This document shows, one piece after another, positions 58,171 through 64,000 of a stretch of 64,000 bases of DNA (positions are counted from its first letter, which is position 1; each line of letters starts with the position of its first letter). Position numbers and translations under genes: made by a program. The notes beneath the pieces were generated by a model. It ran no database searches and had not been told where the DNA came from. It saw only the letters and a program-made list of their open reading frames with translations. Source of the DNA: Desulfobacterales bacterium (GTDB lineage Bacteria > Desulfobacterota > Desulfobacteria > Desulfobacterales > SpSt-501). The DNA lies in NCBI GenBank assembly GCA_037481615.1, contig JBBFLI010000018.1, one strand, 5' to 3'.

Positions 58171-59232
58171 ATGCGCGTGGCGATGCTCTCGCCGATCGCC
58201 TGGCGCACCCCGCCGCGCCATTACGGCCCCTGGGAGACGGTGGTGTCGCTGTTGACCGAGGGGCTCGTCGCCCGGGGGGTCGAGGTCACCCTCTTTGCGA
58301 CCGCGGACTCGATCACCCGCGCACGGCTCGCCGCGGTCTGCCCGCGGGGCTACGAGGAAGACCCCGCCCTCATCCCCAAGGTCTGGGAGTGCCTGCACAT
58401 CGCCTCGCTCTTCGAGCGGGGCGACGAGTTCGACCTGATCCACAACCACTTCGACTTCCTGCCGCTCACTTACTCGGCGATGACGCGCACCCCGGTCCTG
58501 ACCACGATCCACGGGTTTTCCTCGCCCGGGATCCTCCCCGTGTACCGGGCCTACAACGGCCGTGTGTTCTACGTGGCGATCAGCGCGGCCGACCGCCGCC
58601 CGGAACTCGACTACCTCGGGGTCATCCACCACGGGATCGACCTCGGCGGCTTCACCTTCCGGGAAGCCCCGGGCGGATACCTCCTCTTCTTCGGCCGCAT
58701 CCACCCCGAAAAGGGGACCCGCGAGTGCATCGAGGTCGCCCGGAGAACGGGCCTGCCGCTCGTGATCGCGGGCATCGTCCAGGACCCGGCCTACTTCGAG
58801 TCGGCCGTGCGCCCGCACCTGGACGGCGAGCGGATCCGCTACGTGGGCAGCGTCGGGCCCGCGCGGCGCGACGAGCTCCTCGGGCGGGCGCGCGCGCTGC
58901 TCCACCCCATCGGCTTCGAGGAGCCCTTCGGGCTCTCCGTGGTCGAGGCCCTGGCCTGCGGAACCCCGGTCATCGCCTTCCGACGCGGCAGCATGCCCGA
59001 GATCGTCGCCGACGGCCGGACGGGGTTCCTCGTGGGAAACCTGGAAGAGATGATCGCCGCCGTCGGGGCCCTTGACCGGATCGACCGCCGCGCCTGCCGA
59101 CAGCACGTGGAGGCGCATTTCACGGCCGGCCGCATGGTCGAGGACTACCTGCGCGTCTACGAGGAGATCCTCCGCCGCCGCGGCCGCAAGGCCGTGCGGC
59201 ATTCCCCCCAAGCCCCGGGAGGTGTGGGATGA
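58171..59232 (+). CDS. GT4-family glycosyltransferase
   Basis: MRVAMLSPIAW...GPWETVV, FGRIHPEKG, EPFGLSVVEALACGTPVIA. Confidence 0.85.
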   Translation: MRVAMLSPIAWRTPPRHYGPWETVVSLLTEGLVARGVEVTLFATADSITRARLAAVCPRGYEEDPALIPKVWECLHIASLFERGDEFDLIHNHFDFLPLTYSAMTRTPVLTTIHGFSSPGILPVYRAYNGRVFYVAISAADRRPELDYLGVIHHGIDLGGFTFREAPGGYLLFFGRIHPEKGTRECIEVARRTGLPLVIAGIVQDPAYFESAVRPHLDGERIRYVGSVGPARRDELLGRARALLHPIGFEEPFGLSVVEALACGTPVIAFRRGSMPEIVADGRTGFLVGNLEEMIAAVGALDRIDRRACRQHVEAHFTAGRMVEDYLRVYEEILRRRGRKAVRHSPQAPGGVG

Positions 59233-60173
59233 ACGCCTCGGCCGCGCCGCTCGTGCGGCGCCACCCGAAAAACCCCATTCTCACCCGCGACGACGTCCCC
59301 TACCCCGTCGTCACCGTGCACAACGCGGGCGCGGTGCGCTTCCGCGACCGCTACCTTCTCGTCTTCCGCTCGCACCTGCGAAACGGCCGTTCCATTCTCG
59401 GGATCGCCGAAAGCGAAGACGGCTTCTCCTTCCGCGTTCGCCCCGAGCCCTTCCTCACCCCGTCCGCGGAGGGGCCGTTCGCCCCCTACGAGGAGTTCGG
59501 CGTGGAGGATCCGCGCATCTGCGCGCTCGAGGGCGCCTTCTGGATCACCTACAGCGCCTATTCGCGCCACGGGGTGCGCATCGGGCTCGCCCGCACCGAA
59601 GATTTCGTGCGCGTCGAGCGGATCGCCCTGATCACCCAGGCCGACCACCGCAACGTGGTCCTCTTCCCCGAGCGCTTCGGCGGCCGCTACGCGCGTCTCG
59701 ACCGCCCGCACTCGCACATCGCCCCCTGGTCCATCTGGATCTCCTGGTCCCCGGACCTCGTCCACTGGGGCGACTCGCAGATTCTCATCCGGCCGGCGGC
59801 CTATCACTGGGACGAGATGAAGGTCGGCCCCGGGGCGCCCCCCCTGCGCACCCCCCGCGGCTGGCTGAACCTCTTCCACGGCGTCTTCCAGACCATGGAC
59901 GGCGCGATCTACCGCCTGGGCGCGGCCCTCCATGCCCTCGAGGACCCCGGCCGCCTGCTGGGCGTGGCCGACGAGTGGATCCTCCAGCCCGAGGACCCCT
60001 GGGAGGTCGCAGGCTATGTCCACAACGTCGTCTTCAGCTGCGGGGCGATCCCCGAGGAGGACGGGACCGTGAAGATCTACTGGGGCGGGGCGGACACGGT
60101 GCTCTGCGCAGGCGTGGCCCGGATCGACGAGTTGGTGGATCTGTGCCTCGAGCGGCCGCGACCGCCGCTGTGA
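59229..60173 (+). CDS. Second, diverged GH130-family protein
   Basis: HPKNPIL...VHNAGA...GVEDPRI...FHG...YWGGAD. About 40% identical to the first copy by eye. The ATG overlaps the upstream stop (ATGA). Confidence 0.78.
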   Translation: MNASAAPLVRRHPKNPILTRDDVPYPVVTVHNAGAVRFRDRYLLVFRSHLRNGRSILGIAESEDGFSFRVRPEPFLTPSAEGPFAPYEEFGVEDPRICALEGAFWITYSAYSRHGVRIGLARTEDFVRVERIALITQADHRNVVLFPERFGGRYARLDRPHSHIAPWSIWISWSPDLVHWGDSQILIRPAAYHWDEMKVGPGAPPLRTPRGWLNLFHGVFQTMDGAIYRLGAALHALEDPGRLLGVADEWILQPEDPWEVAGYVHNVVFSCGAIPEEDGTVKIYWGGADTVLCAGVARIDELVDLCLERPRPPL

Positions 60174-60242
60174 GGCGGCTTCCGCCTTCGGGCCGTTTCT
60201 GATAGCCTGCGGGCGCCCCCCTCCGGGGTTCGGGAAGAAGCC

Positions 60243-61307
60243 ATGCCGCCCTTCCGTCTCATCGCCGCCGGCCTCCTCGTTCTTTGCGCCGCGGGCTGCC
60301 TTCATCCCCCCGCGCCCTTCGAAACCGGAGCTCCGGCCTGGCGCGCGGCCCCCCTCTTCGCCGCGCCGCCCGTAGACGGGCGGGCGCGCTTTCGGGAGAT
60401 CCTCTGCCGTCTCGCGGACGCGCGCCTCGCGGCGGGGGAGGCGCGGCGGGTCTGCTCGGATCTCCTGTGGCGTCTGGCCGACGAGGCCCCTTCGCCTGCG
60501 CCGCCCGCTTCCCCTCCCCCCCACGATCCGCGCCTGCGCCTGCTGATCGTCCCCGGGGCCTTCACCGAGTGTTTCCCGGGCTTCGGGCGGCCCTTCGAGG
60601 ATGCGGCGCCGTCGCTTGCCGCCCGGGGCTACCGGATCGACTGGGTGCCCGTCGCCGGCCGTTCGGGGAGCGGAGAAAACGCCGCCCGCATCGCCGCCTT
60701 CCTTCGCGATCTCCCGCCGCAGGTGGACGAAAGGCTCGTCCTCATCGGCCACTCCAAGGGGGCGGTCGACATCCTCGAGTTTCTCGACGCTTTCCGCCCG
60801 GAGGCGCGCCGCGTAAGCGCTGCCGTCGCCGTCGCCGGCCCCGTCGCGGGCTCGCGCCTCGCCGAGCGCTTCGCGCGCCTCTACGAGCGGCTGCTTTCCC
60901 GCGTTGCCCTCGGCCCCTGCCCCCCCGGGGACGGCAAGGTCCTCGAAAGCCTCGGCCGGAACCACCGGCTCGAGCGCCTGGCCGGGAACCCGGCCCCCGA
61001 GGGGGTCCTTCTTTTCTCGCTCGGCGCCTTCACCCGCCGCGAGGCGACCCACCCCCTGCTTTTGTTTTCCCATGACCTGATTTCCCCGTGGGATCCCCGC
61101 AACGACGGCCTCGTCGCCCACGCGGAGCAGGTCATCCCCGGCTCGGTGCTTCTCGGCTGGGCGAACCTCGACCACTGGGACGTCGCCTTGCCGGTGCGCG
61201 AGCGGCTGAACTTCGGCGGCGCCGGCAGCCGCGCCGCCGAGCGCCGCCTGCTCTTCGAGGCGCTCGTTCTCGCCGTAGGGGAAGCCCTGGGGAAAGGCGG
61301 CGGTTAG
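60243..61307 (+). CDS. Lipoprotein alpha/beta-hydrolase (lipase-like)
   Basis: Lipobox LCAAGC and nucleophile elbow GHSKG. Confidence 0.6.
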   Translation: MPPFRLIAAGLLVLCAAGCLHPPAPFETGAPAWRAAPLFAAPPVDGRARFREILCRLADARLAAGEARRVCSDLLWRLADEAPSPAPPASPPPHDPRLRLLIVPGAFTECFPGFGRPFEDAAPSLAARGYRIDWVPVAGRSGSGENAARIAAFLRDLPPQVDERLVLIGHSKGAVDILEFLDAFRPEARRVSAAVAVAGPVAGSRLAERFARLYERLLSRVALGPCPPGDGKVLESLGRNHRLERLAGNPAPEGVLLFSLGAFTRREATHPLLLFSHDLISPWDPRNDGLVAHAEQVIPGSVLLGWANLDHWDVALPVRERLNFGGAGSRAAERRLLFEALVLAVGEALGKGGG

Positions 61308-61786
61308 CGGCGTCCGGGGGGGGAAAGGGGGGGAGGCCGGGCGCAGATCGCCTCGCGGCGGCGGCCGCCCTCCGGCCCGGGACTTCCGGACGCGGCCGAA
61401 AGAAAGCAGCTCATGTAGAAGGTGGTTCCGTCCTGGCCGTCCTCACGGCAATCGAAGATCGCGTCGCCGACGCGGACGCAGGTCTCGTCGTAGAGGGCGC
61501 TTTTCGTGCCCCCGGCGTAGAGGGCGGAGACGGCGAACCGGTAGGTCGCACCCGAGGAGAGGCCGGTCACGAGGAAGGCGGGTTGCGCGGGGTCCTCGAA
61601 GACCGAGAGGGGCAGCTCCTCGATTTTCGCCCAGTCGGCGTCGCCCGTGCGGCCGAAGACGGCGTAGCCGACGAGGCCGGGGTCCGGGTCGGCCCGCCAG
61701 GAGAAGAGGAAATCGAGCGCCGCGGCCGCCTGCGGGAGCAGCAGGGCGAGCAGCAGGGCGGCGAAAGCGGGGAGGCGGCCTCTCAT
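61304..61786 (-). CDS. Small secreted fibronectin-III-like protein with a Cys-containing C-terminal tail
   Basis: Signal peptide MRGRLPAFAALLLALLLPQAAAA. FN3-like FSWRADPDPGLVGYAVF...GLSSGATYRFAVSALY. The start overlaps the upstream stop (ATGA at 61783-61786). Confidence 0.55.
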   Translation of the reverse strand: MRGRLPAFAALLLALLLPQAAAALDFLFSWRADPDPGLVGYAVFGRTGDADWAKIEELPLSVFEDPAQPAFLVTGLSSGATYRFAVSALYAGGTKSALYDETCVRVGDAIFDCREDGQDGTTFYMSCFLSAASGSPGPEGGRRREAICARPPPLSPPGRR

Positions 61787-63561
61787 CCGGCCCTCAGCAG
61801 GAAGAGGAGCACAAAGCGAGGATCGAGGTTCTGGGGGGCGACCCGGCCGTATTCCGCCTCGAGCTCGGCGAAGAGCTCCTCGAAAACCGCCCCGGCCGCG
61901 TCGCGGATCTCCTCCTCGCCGATCCCCGTTTCCGCGGCGAGGAAGGAGACGAAGTCGGACCGCCTCGCCGCGGGGATGCGCCGGGGGGACTCCGGGGCGG
62001 CGCCGGGCCCCGGCGCGAAGAGCGCGGCGAAAAAGGGCCGGAAGGCCGAAAGCGGAAGCGGCGTGAGCGGCTCCCGGGGCAGACCGAGCCGCGTCGCGGC
62101 CCACTCGGTGAGCAACAGGTTCTTCCAGGTGAGAAAGCGGTAGCCCCCCGCGGGGTCGAGCCGCGGGGCGAGCCGACCGAGCAGCCGGTCGACTTCGCGG
62201 ATGCGATCGAGGGTCTTCGCCGTCGCGGCGATGTCGTCGCGCGAGGCGAACTCGCGGTAGAGAAGGCCCGTGCGGTAGTTGTCGTAGAAGAGGGGTTTTT
62301 TGAGAAGGATCCCCCCCAGCACCCCCATCCAGCGCTCGCCCCAGAAACTCAACTTCAGCCCCTGCCGGGCGAACCAGCTCGCGGCGAGCCACTTCTCGGT
62401 CTGCCACTTGAGCCGCAACGCCTCCCCGAAGCCCAGGCGGAAGAGGTCGACCAGCGGGTGGCGCAACAGGAGGGCGGCGGAGCGCGCGGGGTCCGCGGCG
62501 GCCTCGCCCCCCCCCTCGAGCGTCTCGAGGGCGATCCCGAGATACCCGCAGGCCTTGGCGACCACCTCGCGCAGATCCTCGCGGCTTTTGACCGCACGGC
62601 GGTCGGCGGCGATGATGCGGTTGCAGAGGTTCGCAAACTCCCACTGCAGGAAGAGCAGCCGCTCGCCGGGCTCGATCCGCGCGAGCGCCCGGCGCAACGG
62701 GGTCGCCTCCGGCAGCTCGCGCAGGGGGAGGGCCGGGACCGGGAGCAGTCCTTCCCCCTCCTCCGCCGTGGCGCGCGGATAACGCTTCGGCCGGCTCCGG
62801 GCGAGCTGCCCGGCGGTCAGCGGCTGGTAGATCCCGACCGCCTCGTCGAAGGGGACGAAGCCCTTTTCGGCCAGACGCACGTTGCGCCAGCGGTACTCCT
62901 CCTCCTCGGTCTCGGCCGGGATCACGTGGGCCGCCTCGAGGAGCACGCTCTGGAAGACGAGGTGGTCCTCGGCGGCGATCCGTTCGAGGAGCCGGGTGAG
63001 GAAGCGGCGGCGGCGGTCCTCGTCGATCCCCGATCCCCCCGCCACCCGCGGCAGGTCGAGGATGCGCACGTAGTAGACCTGGTCGAGGGTGAAGAAACCC
63101 TCGCCGAATTCCGAGGGGTCCTGGTCGTGCTCGCGGACGCGCACCTCGAGGTTATGGAAGAGGTAGAGTTCGCCGAAGGTGAGCCGCTCCCCGAGAAACC
63201 AACGCACGAAGCGCGGCGGGTCGGCCTCGAGCAGCAAGTCCATCCAGCGCGTCGCGCGGTGCACCTCGAGGCGGTCCCCGGCCCAGACCTCGACGTCGAG
63301 CAGGTGGTCCCACTGGCGGTTCGAGGCGAGCTTGAGCAGCGGCAGCGCATCTTCGGGACCGATGTCCTGGACGAGGAGGTGGAAATCGGTCTCCGGGATC
63401 GCATGCACGAGGGCGGCCGGCTGCGGGGCGGCGAGGATGCGCTCGAGCGCCTGCTCGGCGGGCAGCGAGAGGATCTCGGCCCGCCGGCGCGCGAGTTCTT
63501 TCAGCCGCTCGCCGGGTGCGGCCGCGGACTCGGGAGACGGCGAAGGGGGACGGTCAGCCAT
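61783..63561 (-). CDS. Conserved hypothetical protein (~590 aa; resembles the family I recall as DUF6178; MgtE-N-like helical N-terminus)
   Basis: Protein-like composition throughout. No recognisable catalytic motif. The real start MADRPPS is internal to the 738-aa track ORF. Confidence 0.55.
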   Translation of the reverse strand: MADRPPSPSPESAAAPGERLKELARRRAEILSLPAEQALERILAAPQPAALVHAIPETDFHLLVQDIGPEDALPLLKLASNRQWDHLLDVEVWAGDRLEVHRATRWMDLLLEADPPRFVRWFLGERLTFGELYLFHNLEVRVREHDQDPSEFGEGFFTLDQVYYVRILDLPRVAGGSGIDEDRRRRFLTRLLERIAAEDHLVFQSVLLEAAHVIPAETEEEEYRWRNVRLAEKGFVPFDEAVGIYQPLTAGQLARSRPKRYPRATAEEGEGLLPVPALPLRELPEATPLRRALARIEPGERLLFLQWEFANLCNRIIAADRRAVKSREDLREVVAKACGYLGIALETLEGGGEAAADPARSAALLLRHPLVDLFRLGFGEALRLKWQTEKWLAASWFARQGLKLSFWGERWMGVLGGILLKKPLFYDNYRTGLLYREFASRDDIAATAKTLDRIREVDRLLGRLAPRLDPAGGYRFLTWKNLLLTEWAATRLGLPREPLTPLPLSAFRPFFAALFAPGPGAAPESPRRIPAARRSDFVSFLAAETGIGEEEIRDAAGAVFEELFAELEAEYGRVAPQNLDPRFVLLFLLRAG

Positions 63562-63578
63562 GGCGATCGGGTCCGAAT

Positions 63579-64000
63579 CTACCAAGGCTGCGGTCTGCTG
63601 GCAAATCGGCCCCCTGCATCGCCGCCGTCCGCGGGCAGGCGGCGCAGCAGCCACAGGCCCGGCGCCGCGGCGAGCGTGCAAGCGAGGAAAAAGGCCGGCC
63701 ACCCCAGGAGCGACGCCGCCCAGCCGGTCGGGGCCGCGGCGAGAACGCGCGGGATGCCCATCAGCCCGGTCAGGAGGGCGTACTGGGTGGCGGTGAAGGC
63801 CCGCCGGGTCCGGCTCGCCATGAAGGCGACGAAGGCGCTCGTCCCCATGCCGCCCGTCAGGTTCTCGAAGGCGATCACGGCGGCGAGAACGGGCAGACGG
63901 TTTCCGGCGAACGCCAGAAGAACGAAGCCCGCGGTGGAGGCGGCCTGGAGGAGACCGAAGACCCAGAGGCTCCGGCGGATCCCCTGGCGCAGGATCCACA
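63579..64000 (-). CDS. ampG: 3' part of an AmpG-family muropeptide MFS permease (continues beyond the window)
   Basis: ...FENLTGGMGTSAFVAFMASRTRRAFTATQYALLTGLMG... The frame stays open to the window edge. Confidence 0.72.
   Translation of the reverse strand, partial: WILRQGIRRSLWVFGLLQAASTAGFVLLAFAGNRLPVLAAVIAFENLTGGMGTSAFVAFMASRTRRAFTATQYALLTGLMGIPRVLAAAPTGWAASLLGWPAFFLACTLAAAPGLWLLRRLPADGGDAGGRFASRPQPW

Overview
GC-rich bacterial chromosomal segment (about two-thirds G+C or more by eye, not computed). It is densely coding, with about 55 genes. I found no rRNA, tRNA, CRISPR array, transposase, integrase or prophage genes by eye. The gene content (NrfHA, PEP-CTERM protein, split archaeal-type glutamate synthase, class II RNR, CooC/RACo-like accessory genes) suggests an anaerobic Desulfobacterota/deltaproteobacterium-like organism; this is inference only.

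Layout:
- (i) 1-10.5 kb: transporters, a YchF-like protein, a KAS III-like enzyme, a B12-radical SAM, PpiA and PaaK+ACT.
- (ii) 10.6-33.6 kb: a large nitrogen island. It holds nrfHA; a cNMP/radical-SAM/HTH-Zn-ribbon trio; purF; three-gene glutamate synthase; glnE; glnD-amt-glnB-glnA behind a consensus sigma-54 promoter; and a NifA-like activator.
- (iii) 33.6-45.2 kb: dinB, aroK, a PEP-CTERM protein, nrdJ with tandem NrdR boxes, znuACB-zur, cysS, a phasin-like gene and an acyl-CoA dehydrogenase.
- (iv) 45.4-52.2 kb: a tightly coupled operon combining CooC-like, HDAC, AcuB-like, PrmA, sirtuin, RACo-like ASKHA ATPase and cysteine desulfurase genes.
- (v) 52.3-60.2 kb: an operon led by a RelA/SpoT-like synthetase, with three GT4 glycosyltransferases and two GH130 enzymes.
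- (vi) 60.2-64 kb: a lipoprotein hydrolase, an FN3-like secreted protein, a large conserved hypothetical protein, and the 3' part of ampG.

Many very long ORFs in the supplied track are high-GC shadow ORFs and were rejected. The best candidates for an undescribed system are blocks (iv) and (v) and the radical-SAM trio next to nrfHA. All functional links are inference from motifs and gene order; no database search was possible.
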